A DNA stretch of 64,000 nt, from the NCBI GenBank assembly GCA_963733095.1, contig CAVTBV010000009.1, forward strand, positions 32,001-96,000, given 5' to 3'. The DNA is from Candidatus Bathyarchaeota archaeon (GTDB lineage Archaea > Thermoproteota > Bathyarchaeia > Bathyarchaeales > Bathycorpusculaceae). Positions 29,511 to 40,863 of the stretch are shown here, piece by piece. The stretch's first letter is position 1. Each line of letters begins with the position of its first letter. The position numbers and the translations under genes were made by a program. Under the pieces are notes generated by a model. It saw nothing but the letters and a program-made list of their open reading frames with translations. It made no database searches and had not been told where the DNA came from.

Positions 29511-29786
29511 ATGCCAGACAAAGTACACTGTTGCCACATACTGGTCAAAACAGAAACAGAAGCAAAATATGCCAAAGCCCGCCTAGACAAAGGCGAAAAA
29601 TTCGGCGCCGTAGCCCAGCAAATCTCCCTTTGCCCATCCGGAAAGAAAGGCGGAGACCTCGGCACCTTCACAAGAGGCAAGATGGTTAAGGAATTCGAGA
29701 AAACAGCCTTCGAACTCGAGAAGGGCCAAACTTCTGCTCCCGTAAAGACCAAGTTTGGGTACCACATCATAAAACGAATAGAATAA
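29511..29786 (+). CDS. ppiC: Parvulin-type peptidyl-prolyl isomerase
   Basis: HILVK, SLCPSGKKGGDLG and KTKFGYHII motifs. Confidence 0.92.
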   Translation: MPDKVHCCHILVKTETEAKYAKARLDKGEKFGAVAQQISLCPSGKKGGDLGTFTRGKMVKEFEKTAFELEKGQTSAPVKTKFGYHIIKRIE

Positions 29787-29874
29787 ATTTGAACCCAACA
29801 GAGTTAGTTTCACCCCCGATAGCTTTTATATGAAAATAGCTTCTATCAATACCTATTATTGCTGGACTTGAAAA

Positions 29875-30618
29875 GTGGATACACAACCTCTTAAGCTATC
29901 TCAAAAAGAACGAGCACTATTCATCGTTTGCCTAATATTTTTCTTGGGTTTTTTATTCCTCACACTTTTCAGAACGAGCATCCACTCGATTGACTCTTCA
30001 GTTAACCTTTGGATACCTTCAATCCAGTCAGGAGCATTGACGTTTTTGGCTCAGGGAGTGGCTTTAATCTTTGACACAACCAGCCTCGTCTTACTCTCCT
30101 TAGTAGTCTCCGGTTTTCTCTACTTGAAGCATTACAAGCCACAGGGTCTCTTGCTTTTGGGTGCGATGGGAGGTGATGCCTTGCTTGTTTCTGTTCTCAA
30201 AAACCTTGAGCATGTTGCTCGACCGGCCAATAAGCTGTTTTTTGATGCGGGTTTTTCTTATCCGAGTGGTCATAGTGCTGGTTGCGTTGTTTTTGGTGGG
30301 GTGCTTGCTTATTTTGCTTGGCGGCACTGGCAAAGTACGCGTTCTCGGGCTTTGATTGGGGTGGGCTTAGGTGTGATGATTGGTGTCGTTGGTTTTGATA
30401 GGTTGTACTTGAATGTTCACTGGCTGAGTGATGTTGTGGGTGGATATTTGATGGGGGGATGTTGGTTTTTGTTTGTTGTTTTGGTGTTCGGGCGGTTGAG
30501 GTTGACTTGGGATTTTGAGTCTGCGAGGTTTGGTTTTGTTGCTAACTTGCTTTATGTGGGGGCTGTCTTTGTTTCGGTTTTTGTTGTTTTGTTGGGCTTA
30601 TTTGGTGTTGTTGCTTAA
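29875..30618 (+). CDS. PAP2-family membrane phosphatase
   Basis: K..EHVARP, YPSGHS and RLYLNVHWLSDV motifs. Confidence 0.9.
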   Translation: MDTQPLKLSQKERALFIVCLIFFLGFLFLTLFRTSIHSIDSSVNLWIPSIQSGALTFLAQGVALIFDTTSLVLLSLVVSGFLYLKHYKPQGLLLLGAMGGDALLVSVLKNLEHVARPANKLFFDAGFSYPSGHSAGCVVFGGVLAYFAWRHWQSTRSRALIGVGLGVMIGVVGFDRLYLNVHWLSDVVGGYLMGGCWFLFVVLVFGRLRLTWDFESARFGFVANLLYVGAVFVSVFVVLLGLFGVVA

Positions 30619-30714
30619 TCTTTGATGTTAAAGATATATCTTTTTCAGACACATTTATATTTGTGTAAAAACCCATAAATAACCAATTGCAAAAGCGCGA
30701 GCGAGGGCAAACTA

Positions 30715-33132
30715 ATGAGCCAAGAAAAAACCAAAAAAATCACACTCAACATCGGCGGCATGAGCTGCATAAACTGCGCACACACAATCGAAAAAAAACT
30801 CTCCAAGCTAAACGGAGTGACCCAAGCAATCGTAAACCTAGCTGCTGAAAAAGCAATCATAGACTACAACCCCGACCTCGTAGACCAGAAAACCATCGAA
30901 GACGCCATCATTCAAGCAGGCTACAAAGTAATCCATGAAAAGGTAACCCTGCAAGTCGGTGGCATGAGTTGCGTTAACTGCGCCAAAACCATAGAAAAAG
31001 CGCTAAACAACCGGGAAGGCGTCTATACTGCCACCGTTATATTTGCTGCAGAAAAAGTCACCATTGAATACAACCCAGAACAGATAAGCGCGGCAGGCAT
31101 CAAAAAAATCATCCAAGACGTCGGATACACTGTAATTGAACAAGAAAAAACCCTTGAAGATACCGAAGGAAAAGAACGCAAACGCCACATTCAACGATTA
31201 GAAATTCTCTTAGCGGTCAGCATCACATTAACCATTCCAATACTGCTCCTGATGTGGCTATCCCCCTTGCCCATGGAGCAAAACAACATCTTGATGTTTT
31301 TGCTTGCAACCCCAGTGCAATTCGTCGTTGGATGGACCTTCTATGTGGGTGCTTATAAGGGCTTAAAAAACAAAAGCGCCAACATGGACACCTTAATCGC
31401 GATGGGCACATCCACAGCCTACATCTACAGTACAGTAGCCACTTTCGCCCCAACCGCCCTTCCCGGTGCATCAGTATTCTTCGATACTGCAACCATGATA
31501 ATGTCCTTTATCTTGCTGGGCAAACTCTTAGACGCCATCGCTAAAGGCAGAACCTCCGAAGCCATCCGCAAAATCATGGGTCTCCAAGCAAAAATCGCTC
31601 GCGTTATTCGAAACGGCGAAGAACTCGAAGTTCCAGTAGAAGAAGTTCAAGTCGGTGACATCATAGTAGTGCGTCCAGGGGAAAAAATCCCGGTTGACGG
31701 CATAGTAATCGATGGATACTCTGGTGTTGATGAGAAGGTAATCACTGGCGAGAGCATACCTGTTGAAAAGAAGGCAGGTGACCAAGTCGTCGGAGCGACC
31801 ATGAACAAGACCGGCATGCTCAAGTTTAAAGCGACAAAAATCGGCAAGGACACGGTTTTAGCCCAAATCATTAACCTTGTAGAAGATGCTCTTAGCTCGA
31901 AAGCGCCTGTTCAGAGATTAGCCGATGTCGCATCAGGCTACTTTGTCCCAGTCATTATATTAACCGCAACTCTCTCCGCATTAGCATGGTACTTCCTGGT
32001 TGGCGAAAGCTTCATCTTTGCACTCACAGTGTTCATCGCCGTCATAGTGGTCGCTTGCCCCTGCGCTCTTGGACTCGCCACCCCAACCGCCATAATGGTT
32101 GGCGTTGGGAAAGGTGCTGAAAACGGCATCCTCATCAAAAGCGGCGAAACATTAGAAGCAGCACATAAACTTCAGGCTGTAGTTTTCGACAAAACCGGAA
32201 CGCTAACCGAAGGCGAACCCGAAGTCACCGACATCCGCCCGACCAAAGCTTTCACCGAAGAGCAGCTACTGCTACTTGCGGCTATGGCAGAGAAAAACTC
32301 GGAGCACCCACTTGGAGCAGCCATCGTGAAGAGGGCGGCTGAAAGGGGACTCGAGGTTGAGGAGCCTGAATTGTTCAATGCTCTGCCTGGTTATGGTGTA
32401 GAAGTCAACAGTAAAGGCATCAAAATCTTGTTGGGTAATCGTAAGTTGATGGAGGCAAACAACTTGGATATCGGCGGATTGGAAGCGGAAATGAAGGGGT
32501 TGGAGGAAGAAGGAAAAACCGCCATGCTTATAGCAGTCGATAATCAAGTTGCCGGTTTAATTGCCGTCGCTGACACTCTAAAAGAATATTCTGCCGAAGC
32601 TGTGGGCAAGCTCAAAGAGATGGGTTTAGAAGTTGTGATGATTACAGGAGACAACCAACGAACAGCCCATGCCATTGCAAAGCAAGTTGGCGTTACCCAG
32701 GTTTTGGCAGAGGTTCTTCCGAGCGAAAAAGCCACTGAAATTAAACGACTTCAAACAGAAGGTAAAGTGGTCGCTATGGTCGGAGACGGCATAAACGATG
32801 CTCCAGCTTTGGCGCAGGCAAACATCGGCATAGCGGTGGGCGGCGGAACCGATGTTGCAATAGAGACCGGGGATATTGTACTAATCAAGAATGATTTGCG
32901 GGATGTGGTCGTTGCAATTCAATTGAGCCGAGCTACGATGCGTAAAATTCGCCAAAACCTATTCTGGGCGTTTTTCTACAACGTAGCGCTCATTCCGTTG
33001 GCGGCGGGCGCCTTTTACCCGATTATACATGTACTCTTTAATCCCGTGTATGCGGCGGCAGCGATGGCCAGTAGTTCAGTGACCGTGGTAACCAATGCCT
33101 CGCTTCTCAAAAGGTTTAAACCAAAAATCTAG
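30715..33132 (+). CDS. copA: Cu(I)-translocating P1B-type ATPase
   Basis: Two GMSCxxC HMA domains; TGES, CPC, DKTGT, SEHP, GDGIND, YN and MxxSS motifs. Confidence 0.95.
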   Translation: MSQEKTKKITLNIGGMSCINCAHTIEKKLSKLNGVTQAIVNLAAEKAIIDYNPDLVDQKTIEDAIIQAGYKVIHEKVTLQVGGMSCVNCAKTIEKALNNREGVYTATVIFAAEKVTIEYNPEQISAAGIKKIIQDVGYTVIEQEKTLEDTEGKERKRHIQRLEILLAVSITLTIPILLLMWLSPLPMEQNNILMFLLATPVQFVVGWTFYVGAYKGLKNKSANMDTLIAMGTSTAYIYSTVATFAPTALPGASVFFDTATMIMSFILLGKLLDAIAKGRTSEAIRKIMGLQAKIARVIRNGEELEVPVEEVQVGDIIVVRPGEKIPVDGIVIDGYSGVDEKVITGESIPVEKKAGDQVVGATMNKTGMLKFKATKIGKDTVLAQIINLVEDALSSKAPVQRLADVASGYFVPVIILTATLSALAWYFLVGESFIFALTVFIAVIVVACPCALGLATPTAIMVGVGKGAENGILIKSGETLEAAHKLQAVVFDKTGTLTEGEPEVTDIRPTKAFTEEQLLLLAAMAEKNSEHPLGAAIVKRAAERGLEVEEPELFNALPGYGVEVNSKGIKILLGNRKLMEANNLDIGGLEAEMKGLEEEGKTAMLIAVDNQVAGLIAVADTLKEYSAEAVGKLKEMGLEVVMITGDNQRTAHAIAKQVGVTQVLAEVLPSEKATEIKRLQTEGKVVAMVGDGINDAPALAQANIGIAVGGGTDVAIETGDIVLIKNDLRDVVVAIQLSRATMRKIRQNLFWAFFYNVALIPLAAGAFYPIIHVLFNPVYAAAAMASSSVTVVTNASLLKRFKPKI

Positions 33133-33176
33133 CTCACAAATAGAAAAACAAAACTATGTTTGGAGGTGAAAAAGAT

Positions 33177-33368
33177 ATGGCGAAAGATTTAGTTTGCAAC
33201 ATGGATGTTGACGAGAAAACCGCGAAGTACAAGGCTCTCTATCAAGGCAAATACTACTATTTCTGTGCGGCAGGATGCAAAAAAGAATTCGAGGCAAATC
33301 CCCAAAAATACCTAGGCGGCAATTCTGGACATTCAGGTCACAGTTGTAACTGTGGAGGACACTGCTAA
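33177..33368 (+). CDS. YHS/TRASH metal-binding protein
   Basis: KDLVCNM...YYFCAAGCKKEF; His/Cys tail; GGAGGTGA SD. Confidence 0.9.
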   Translation: MAKDLVCNMDVDEKTAKYKALYQGKYYYFCAAGCKKEFEANPQKYLGGNSGHSGHSCNCGGHC

Positions 33369-33433
33369 GTGCGTCAACTTTTTCTCTTTTTGAATTCTTT
33401 TCTTTTTTTGTCTCTTTCACATCGTTTTTCTTA

Positions 33434-34117
33434 CTATGGCATGTTGATTTTTTCGTCCACTGGCAACTTTTCTGCGAATGCTCCCAGAAGGACGTGTTCA
33501 GCGAAAAGGTCCTCGTTGAATGCGCCTATGAACTCTACGGTCTCGTTGATTATTATCTTAGGGACCCCAATCACATTGTACTTCAGGGCTAAGTCTGGAA
33601 ATTCGCCGCTTTCTATGACGTCGGCTTTGACCATGTCGCTTTCGATGGCTAATTTATGTGCCACGGCAGCTGCGGCGGGACAGTGTGGGCAGGTTAGGGT
33701 GACGAAAACTTGGATGTGAACGGGTAATTTAACATCCGACAGTATTTGTTTAGTTTTGTCGGAAAGGTCGGTTTTGCCCTTTGAAACGTTAATGACCGCT
33801 TCAATTAGCGTTTGAAGTTCATAGCCGTATGGGATTCCGTAAATTCTCACGCCATAATCCTTTTTGCCAATTATGGCTAATGCTGGAATCTTGTCAATTC
33901 CATATTCCTTAGCTTTAGCATTGTTAGCGACGAAATCGTAAACTTCAGTGGTTATTTTATTGCTAAGAATAGGTAGTTCTTGAGCGAGTTTTCTTGTATC
34001 CGAGCAATACTTGCACTCAAACTCTTGGGTAAACATGACTATTTTTACTGGGTCAACTAGTTTTTCCTCAAAATCTTTCTTAAGCAACTCTTTTTTATCG
34101 TCAGGTAATAAACTCAC
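33434..34117 (-). CDS. pdo: Protein disulfide oxidoreductase (two thioredoxin folds)
   Basis: CKYC and CPHC motifs; GIP.GYE and GVPK. Confidence 0.9.
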   Translation of the reverse strand: MSLLPDDKKELLKKDFEEKLVDPVKIVMFTQEFECKYCSDTRKLAQELPILSNKITTEVYDFVANNAKAKEYGIDKIPALAIIGKKDYGVRIYGIPYGYELQTLIEAVINVSKGKTDLSDKTKQILSDVKLPVHIQVFVTLTCPHCPAAAAVAHKLAIESDMVKADVIESGEFPDLALKYNVIGVPKIIINETVEFIGAFNEDLFAEHVLLGAFAEKLPVDEKINMP

Positions 34118-34280
34118 GTTTCTGCCTCCACAAAAATGTTCGCCATCCGGGTATGTACAGTAGACTTTGTTGTTTCCAACATATAACTGTAGAGTCGCGA
34201 TGGTTTGGCAACGAAAGTAATATAAGAGTTTTAACGATTTCCTGTTGTTAACTAAGGTTTGATTTTTGGAGACATAAAAT

Positions 34281-35468
34281 ATGGTTAAAGTTCCCCTAAA
34301 AGATGGAGTATACTGGGTTGGCGTTGTTGACTGGAATCTACGGGACTTTCATGATTTTGTAACAAGACGAGGAACCACCTACAACGCGTACATAGTGCAA
34401 GATGAGAAAATTGCCTTAATCGACACAGTTAAGCACACGTTCTCAAATGAGCTTGTTCGGCACGTAACTGAGCTGACTAGTTTTGAAAAAATTGATTACA
34501 TTATCGTTAACCATGTTGAAATGGATCATTCCAGCAGTTTACCAGTGATTGCCAAACTCGCAAAGAACGCCAAAATAATCGCTTCACAAAGAGGCAAAGA
34601 AGCCTTAATTGACCACTACGGACTTGACTTTGAACGTGTAGAAACCGTAAAAACCGGTGATGAAGTCAAGCTTGGAAACAAGACTTTGCGGTTTGTTGAG
34701 GCGCCGATGCTTCATTGGCCCGACAGCATGTTCACCTACCTTGTCGAAGACAAAATCCTTATGCCTAACGATGCTTTTGGGCAGCACCTTGCGACTTCTG
34801 AGCGTTTTGATGACGAAGTTGACGAGCACGTGTTGATGGAGGAAGCAACGATTTACTACGCTAACATACTCATGCCCCTAGCGCCCCTGATTACCCGAAA
34901 AATCCAAGAAGTCGTCGCTATGAAAATCCCAATCGATATAATTGCCCCAAGCCACGGCATAATCTGGCGCAAGGACCCTATGAAAATAATCAACGCTTAC
35001 CTAAATTGGAGTTCAGGAGCAACCAAAAATAAGGTAACCATCGTGTTTGACACCATGTGGAACAGCACTGACAAAATGGCGAGAGCAATAGCTGAGGGTG
35101 CGGCAAGCCAAGGCGTTAATGTCAAAATGGTAAAACTGCGTTCATCTCCCAACTCAGAAGCTGTAACCGAAATCTTGGACGCCAAAGCCGTTTTGGTGGG
35201 TTCACCAACCCTAAACAACCAGTTGTTTCCAACACTCGGGGGGTTCTTAACTTACATCACCGGACTAAGACCTAAAGGTAAACTCTGGGGCTTCTTTGGA
35301 TCTTACGGCTGGGGAGGCGGAGCAGTTAAAGGCATGATTAAAACTGCGAAAGAAGCAGGTTTCGTCGTGTACGAACCAAGTGTTGAAGTAAAATTTGTTC
35401 CAGACGAGGAAGATTTGAAAAAATGCTTTGAGTTTGGGCAGCAAATAGCCCAAAAAATCAAAGTATAA
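34281..35468 (+). CDS. fprA: Flavodiiron protein (FprA)
   Basis: HVEMDH, HWPDSM, DAFGQH and PSHG motifs plus a flavodoxin domain. Confidence 0.93.
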   Translation: MVKVPLKDGVYWVGVVDWNLRDFHDFVTRRGTTYNAYIVQDEKIALIDTVKHTFSNELVRHVTELTSFEKIDYIIVNHVEMDHSSSLPVIAKLAKNAKIIASQRGKEALIDHYGLDFERVETVKTGDEVKLGNKTLRFVEAPMLHWPDSMFTYLVEDKILMPNDAFGQHLATSERFDDEVDEHVLMEEATIYYANILMPLAPLITRKIQEVVAMKIPIDIIAPSHGIIWRKDPMKIINAYLNWSSGATKNKVTIVFDTMWNSTDKMARAIAEGAASQGVNVKMVKLRSSPNSEAVTEILDAKAVLVGSPTLNNQLFPTLGGFLTYITGLRPKGKLWGFFGSYGWGGGAVKGMIKTAKEAGFVVYEPSVEVKFVPDEEDLKKCFEFGQQIAQKIKV

Positions 35469-35475
35469 CTCTTTT

Positions 35476-35979
35476 TTAATTTATTTTCATGAATTTGTCT
35501 TTCGGGGTCGCGCAGATTGGGCAGTTGTCGGGTGTTGTGCCTTCAAAGGTGTTTCCACAGACTGGGCAAACGTACAGGTCTGCTTGCGGTAGTTCTCTAT
35601 TGCTTTTGAGTGCATCGAGTGCTTTTTGGTAGAGGACGGCGTGGATTTGCTCGACTTTGTTGGCGTAATCGAAGCTTACTTCGGCTTTTTTGTTTGCTTC
35701 TTTTTTGGCTTCAGCTATGAAGTCTGGGTACATTTTCTTGAACTCGTAGGTTTCGCCTGAAATTGCGGTGCCGAGGTTGTCGGCGGTTGATTTTACTTGT
35801 CCCAAAACGTCCAAGTGGTTTAGGGCGTGGACGGTTTCTGCTTGCGCCGCTGCTTTGAAGAGTTTAGCGATTTGTGTTAAGCCTTCTTTATCTGCCTTTT
35901 TGGCAAAAGCCAGGTACATGCGGTTGGCTTGGGATTCGCCTGCGAAGGCAGCTTTTAGGTTTTCATCAGTTTTTGCCAT
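35476..35979 (-). CDS. rbr: Rubrerythrin
   Basis: AFAGESQA, ETVHA, EQIH; C-terminal CPVC...CPIC. Confidence 0.93.
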   Translation of the reverse strand: MAKTDENLKAAFAGESQANRMYLAFAKKADKEGLTQIAKLFKAAAQAETVHALNHLDVLGQVKSTADNLGTAISGETYEFKKMYPDFIAEAKKEANKKAEVSFDYANKVEQIHAVLYQKALDALKSNRELPQADLYVCPVCGNTFEGTTPDNCPICATPKDKFMKIN

Positions 35980-36188
35980 AAAATTCACTGGAAGACAGTA
36001 AAGTAAAATGCGGGTAATAAGCTAACCTATTACCTCACATCGAGTGGAGGCTTTATGCTGTAGAGTATGCTTTCTAGTTTCAAGAAAAAATAGGCGGTAA
36101 GCCCTAGTCAGTTTTGGAGGTTACCTGCCGTTTAGATGAATCTGAGGAAATTTTAATATAGAATGAGGTTGAACCGAAAGGAGATAAC

Positions 36189-37191
36189 TTGAGAAGAGAG
36201 AGAAAACCGCTACAATCCTTCGGAGGTACATTTTCTGGGTCTCTAGGCGTAGCTTGGTCTTAATGTTTTTGTTCATATTGTTGGAAGCGGTTTTCCGGTT
36301 TGGGTTCTTTCACCCTTTAGGGTCGACTGAAATTCAAACTATGGTTTATGGAATTCTTGAAAAGATTCTTTTCACCTTGACAGTAAGGTTTGGTTTAGCA
36401 GCTGTACAGAAAACGGTCATACCGACAGTTATAGGTGCAGTCCAAACAGCTCTATCAAAATTGATTCGCGAACCTACCAGCAGAAAGCGAACCTTCCACT
36501 CCCTTTCACGATACTTAACATATGGCTCCTACGCCATCTTTATCGCTGCCGTTGCTTACATATGGGCTTTTTCATATTATAGTCGTGGGTTAGTGGGTTT
36601 CTTGGTACAGGATTAGTTATAACATTAACGTTTGTTTTAGTTTTGTTCACTTCCAGCGTTCTGGGCAACGTTTTAGCTTTACCTGATTTTGGAAGGGACA
36701 ACTGACTTCAGGAACGGTGACAGGGTCCAAATTGGTGAGAGTTATGGCGACATAGTTGAGACTGGCTTTTTCTTCACCCGTATTAAACCCATTAAAGATG
36801 AAATAATTAGCATACCAAACCTTAATATCATGGGCAAAGAAGTGAGAAACTTAAGCACCATGAAAGCAGTACTCATTTACATCCAAGTAACTTTGGGCTA
36901 TGACACCGATAAGGATGAAGCTAGACGCCTCTAATTGAAAGTGCAGAATCAACAAAGGGAATATTGAACATCGAAGGCAAGAAACCGTTTGTTTTGTTCC
37001 GCGAGTTAGACAACTACACTGTAACCTATAAAATAAACGCTTACACTGACAAACCAAATGAGCTAGTAAACATAAAAAGCGAGCTCTTTGACAACATACT
37101 CGCCAACTTCAAAAAGTCAAACTTTGAGATATTATCGCCTACCCATGTATCAGTAAGGAATAATGCTGCAATGCTAAACGGTAGTACTTAA
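36189..37191 (+). pseudogene. MscS mechanosensitive channel gene with multiple frameshifts
   Basis: FRNGDRVQIGESYGDI...ISIPN; split over at least three ORFs. Confidence 0.85.
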
Positions 37192-37335
37192 CGTCATTAA
37201 CCTGCACCTATACAGTTTTTTTTGACTTCCTTTTTGCTAAGGCTGACAATAAAGCTAAGCGCCAGCCAAAACCACGAAAAGTAAAGTATATTAGTTGTTT
37301 TCTGCTTTGGAAAAGGTTGATTTTGGTGAAATTTT

Positions 37336-37950
37336 ATGGAAAAAATAAAATCTTTTACACTACCCAAACTACCCTATGATTACAATGCGCTTGCACCATA
37401 CATTTCAGAGGAACAACTAAAACTACATCATGACAAACACCACCAAGGCTACGTCAACGGCGCTAACGCCATCTTCGAAATTATGGATAAAGCACAACAA
37501 GAAAACAAGGATCTCGACGTTAAAGCAGTCGCAAAAGAGTTATCCTTCAACATCGGCGGTCACCTATTACATACGACTTTCTGGGAGAACATGGCTCAAG
37601 CAGGAAAAGGTGGAGGAGGACCACCAGGAGGAGCAGTCGCCGACATGATTAGTATGGGCTTTGGAAGTTTTGAGCATTTTAAAAAGCAATTCACTAAGGC
37701 TGCTACAAGCACCGAAGGTTCTGGTTGGGCAGTATTAGCCGCACATCCCTGCATTGGAAGACCCCTTATCATGCAGATTGAAAAACACAACTTGAACGTT
37801 TTTCCTAACTTCCAAATCTTGATGGCACTGGACGTCTGGGAACATGCCTACTACGTTGACTACAAGAACGACCGCGCCAAATTCGTCGAAGCCTTCTGGA
37901 ATCTGGTCAACTGGGACAAAGTCAACAAAAACCTAAGCTTCGTAAAGTAA
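37336..37950 (+). CDS. sod: Fe/Mn superoxide dismutase
   Basis: LHHDKHHQGYV and DVWEHAYY motifs. Confidence 0.96.
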   Translation: MEKIKSFTLPKLPYDYNALAPYISEEQLKLHHDKHHQGYVNGANAIFEIMDKAQQENKDLDVKAVAKELSFNIGGHLLHTTFWENMAQAGKGGGGPPGGAVADMISMGFGSFEHFKKQFTKAATSTEGSGWAVLAAHPCIGRPLIMQIEKHNLNVFPNFQILMALDVWEHAYYVDYKNDRAKFVEAFWNLVNWDKVNKNLSFVK

Positions 37951-38014
37951 GCTTTTTTATGCTTACTTTCTTTGTTTTTATATAACAAATGAAAAGCGCA
38001 TTACAAAATAGCGC

Positions 38015-38332
38015 TTAGGGTGGGGGAGTAATTTTTATCGCTGCTGCTGGGCACTGCATTTCGCAGGCTAAACATTGTATGCAGTCTTTTTCGCGTGCGG
38101 GGTCAGATTTGCGTTCAGAGAGCGGATGTCCAGGCGAATCAGCCCAATCATAGAGCGAAACTGGGCAGACATCGATGCATACGCCGTCTCCGACACAGGA
38201 ATCCCAGTCTACTGCGCTGGTTGTTCCGTGAATGCCGAGTTTAGTTGGAGGTTCAACTGGTCCCCATACTTTATGGCCGTTGTGTTCACTTACAACTTGT
38301 CGTTTGGTTTGAAAATCAGGGTCTATTGGCAA
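38015..38332 (-). CDS. zfx: Zinc-containing dicluster ferredoxin
   Basis: N-terminal PIDP...EHNGHKVWGPVEPP..LGIHG extension as in Sulfolobus Zfx; CVGDGVC and CIQCLAC motifs. Confidence 0.88.
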   Translation of the reverse strand: MPIDPDFQTKRQVVSEHNGHKVWGPVEPPTKLGIHGTTSAVDWDSCVGDGVCIDVCPVSLYDWADSPGHPLSERKSDPAREKDCIQCLACEMQCPAAAIKITPPP

Positions 38333-38435
38333 AAAATTCACCATATAATCATCAGAAAACCGCTAATATTAGGGTTTCTGCCCAAAGCAATCCACAAAGC
38401 ATTTTGGGTTAGCCACATAACATTGTTTGGTTTGT

Positions 38436-39215
38436 ATGAGTCAATATTACCTTCCCGCGGGGATGAGATACGCCACTTTAGAGGAAAGAAAGCAATTCTA
38501 CACCAATGAATTCAACCTCAAAAAAATATCCGATTGGTTCACGGGTGGTTTTAGCAACATAAAGTTTGCAGTAATAATAGGCAGGCACACAAAGATTTTT
38601 CCTGAAAAATACCGGGAAGATGCCTCAACAACCATAATAGTTGATGATTTTAAAAGTCTCGACGATGTTCGCCAACAAATTGTCGAGTTTCTTCCTGAAG
38701 GAGTCTATTACGACCGAGACGTATACGAATCAACTGGGAAAAAATTTGGTCAGGAATTGGCTTTTGACCTTGACCCTGAAAACATAATTTGCCCAGTCCA
38801 TGGTAGCTTGGCAGATAAGATGAATCGGGGGCAGGGGCTAAGTTTTTGCGAAGTTGAACTCGACATGATTAAGAAAGAAGCGCTTGGGCTCTTCGATTTC
38901 TTGGAACCTCACTTTTCTGATTTAAGGATTGTTTATTCAGGCAGGGGCTTCCATATACATGTATTAGACCAAGAAGCCTACAAGCTGACCTCTCAAAAAC
39001 GGCTCAACCTTGCCCAACAAGCAAAACAGGCAGGTTTCCACATCGACGAATGGGTAACCTCAGGCGAATTCCGATTAATCCGACTGCCCTACAGCCTCAA
39101 CGGTTTGGTATCAAGAATCACCCTACCAATAAAAAAAGAAGAATTGGAAAGCTTCGACCCCGTCCATGACGAACGGTGCCTACCAAAATTTCTTGGCAAA
39201 GAATCTATTTTTTGA
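38436..39215 (+). CDS. Archaeo-eukaryotic primase (PriS-like) protein
   Basis: ELAFDLD, YSGRGFHIH and RLIRLPYSL motifs. Confidence 0.85.
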   Translation: MSQYYLPAGMRYATLEERKQFYTNEFNLKKISDWFTGGFSNIKFAVIIGRHTKIFPEKYREDASTTIIVDDFKSLDDVRQQIVEFLPEGVYYDRDVYESTGKKFGQELAFDLDPENIICPVHGSLADKMNRGQGLSFCEVELDMIKKEALGLFDFLEPHFSDLRIVYSGRGFHIHVLDQEAYKLTSQKRLNLAQQAKQAGFHIDEWVTSGEFRLIRLPYSLNGLVSRITLPIKKEELESFDPVHDERCLPKFLGKESIF

Positions 39216-39297
39216 CTTCTTTGGCTTTCTTCTCTTTTTTGCTATAATAAGCAGCTTTTTTCTTTTCCTCTTCTGCGTTCTTTGGTTTTTTGGCCAT
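39205..39297 (-). CDS. Putative 30-aa Lys-rich peptide
   Basis: MAKKPKNAEEEKKKAAYYSKKEKKAKEVKK; fills an intergenic gap. Confidence 0.4.
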   Translation of the reverse strand: MAKKPKNAEEEKKKAAYYSKKEKKAKEVKK

Positions 39298-39415
39298 AAA
39301 AATTTCCCTAAAACTAGTATCTTGGAAGCGCTTAAAAGATTTTTGATAGCGGTGGGTTAGTGTTGAAAAGTTTATTTGGGTTCAGCTATTCAGTTTAGTT
39401 TGTCGAGGCTTATTT

Positions 39416-40798
39416 ATGGAGCAGTTTGATGTACTCGTTATCGGTTCAGGTTCAGGAATGCTTGTTGCGTCGGCAGCGGTCGAGCAGGGTTTTAAAGTAG
39501 CGTTGGTTGAAGCTGGAAAAATGGGGGGCACCTGCATAAACGTTGGTTGTGTGCCATCAAAGATGCTGATCTACCCAGCAGACGTCATTGCCGCCCTCGT
39601 CGAGGCTGGAAAACTCGGAGTCAACGCATCCGTGAACTCGGTTGATTTCAACAACATCATGACGCGCATGCATGACCTAGTTAACCACGATTCGGGACAG
39701 CAAGCTGCTGGCGTCGAAGCTACGCCCCAGATGGTTTGGTTTAAGGAAAAAGGGGAGTTCATCTCGGACTACACCATGCAAGTAGGTACCCGCATAATAT
39801 CCGCCAAAATAATTTTCATAGTTTCAGGTGCACATGCAGCAATACCACCCGTTAAAGGTTTGGAAAACATCGGTTACCTAACAAGCGACACCGTGCTAGA
39901 GTTGCAAACCCCGCCTAAGAATATCATAATCATTGGCGGAGGCTACATAGGCATGGAGTATGGACACTTCTTCTCGGCAATAGGCACAAAAACCACCATA
40001 ATCCAGCGCCCCACCCGCTTGCTGCCTGAGGAAGAGCCAGAAATCTCCGACCTGTTAAAAACAGAGATGGGAAAGCGCATGGAAATCTTCACAGGCTACG
40101 AAGCCATCGAAACAAGGCAAGATGGCTCCTTGAAAACGCTTATTGCCAAAAACCGTCAAGACGGCAGCCTCAAAGAATTCTCAGCCGATGCCATAATGGT
40201 TGCAACGGGTAGAGTATCCAACGCCGCTACATTCAAACCCGATAAAACAGGCGTACACTTAGACGAGCGTGGCTTCATAAAAGTTGACGATTACCTTGAA
40301 ACTAACAAGAAGAACATTTACGCATTCGGCGACGCCATAGGCAAACAAATGTTCAAGCATGTAGCCAACTACGAGGCAGGCATAGCTTGGCACAACTCCG
40401 CACACGACCACAAAGTTAAGATGGATTTTTCAAGGGCGCCTCACGCGGCTTTCACGCATCCTCAAGTTGCCTCGGTTGGACTAAAGGAAGAAGAAGCCCG
40501 ACAGAAATTCAAAATTTTGGTTGGCAACGCCCTGTACAAAGACACCGCAATGGGCGCGGCTCTTGGTTTCCCTGAAGGTTTCGTGAAAGTCATCGTTGAG
40601 CAGCAGACTGGAAAAATCCTTGGCGCACACATCATAGGTCCAGAAGCATCCATTCTGATCCAAGAAATCACCAATGCAATGGTTTCTGAAAAAGGCGATT
40701 TCGGACCTATCGCAAGAGGAATGCATATACATCCTGCCCTCAACGAGGTAGTCCAAAACGCCTTCGGCAACCTCCACGAGCACGGACATGGACACTAA
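39416..40798 (+). CDS. Flavoprotein disulfide reductase (dihydrolipoamide dehydrogenase/mycothione reductase-like)
   Basis: GSGSG, GGTCINVGCVPSK, GGGYIG and HPALNE motifs. Confidence 0.9.
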   Translation: MEQFDVLVIGSGSGMLVASAAVEQGFKVALVEAGKMGGTCINVGCVPSKMLIYPADVIAALVEAGKLGVNASVNSVDFNNIMTRMHDLVNHDSGQQAAGVEATPQMVWFKEKGEFISDYTMQVGTRIISAKIIFIVSGAHAAIPPVKGLENIGYLTSDTVLELQTPPKNIIIIGGGYIGMEYGHFFSAIGTKTTIIQRPTRLLPEEEPEISDLLKTEMGKRMEIFTGYEAIETRQDGSLKTLIAKNRQDGSLKEFSADAIMVATGRVSNAATFKPDKTGVHLDERGFIKVDDYLETNKKNIYAFGDAIGKQMFKHVANYEAGIAWHNSAHDHKVKMDFSRAPHAAFTHPQVASVGLKEEEARQKFKILVGNALYKDTAMGAALGFPEGFVKVIVEQQTGKILGAHIIGPEASILIQEITNAMVSEKGDFGPIARGMHIHPALNEVVQNAFGNLHEHGHGH

Positions 40799-40863
40799 AA
40801 ATTCGCTTAATCTAAACAGTTATATTCGGCTTAACCCAAATTTTATTTGGTGAGATTTTTAGT

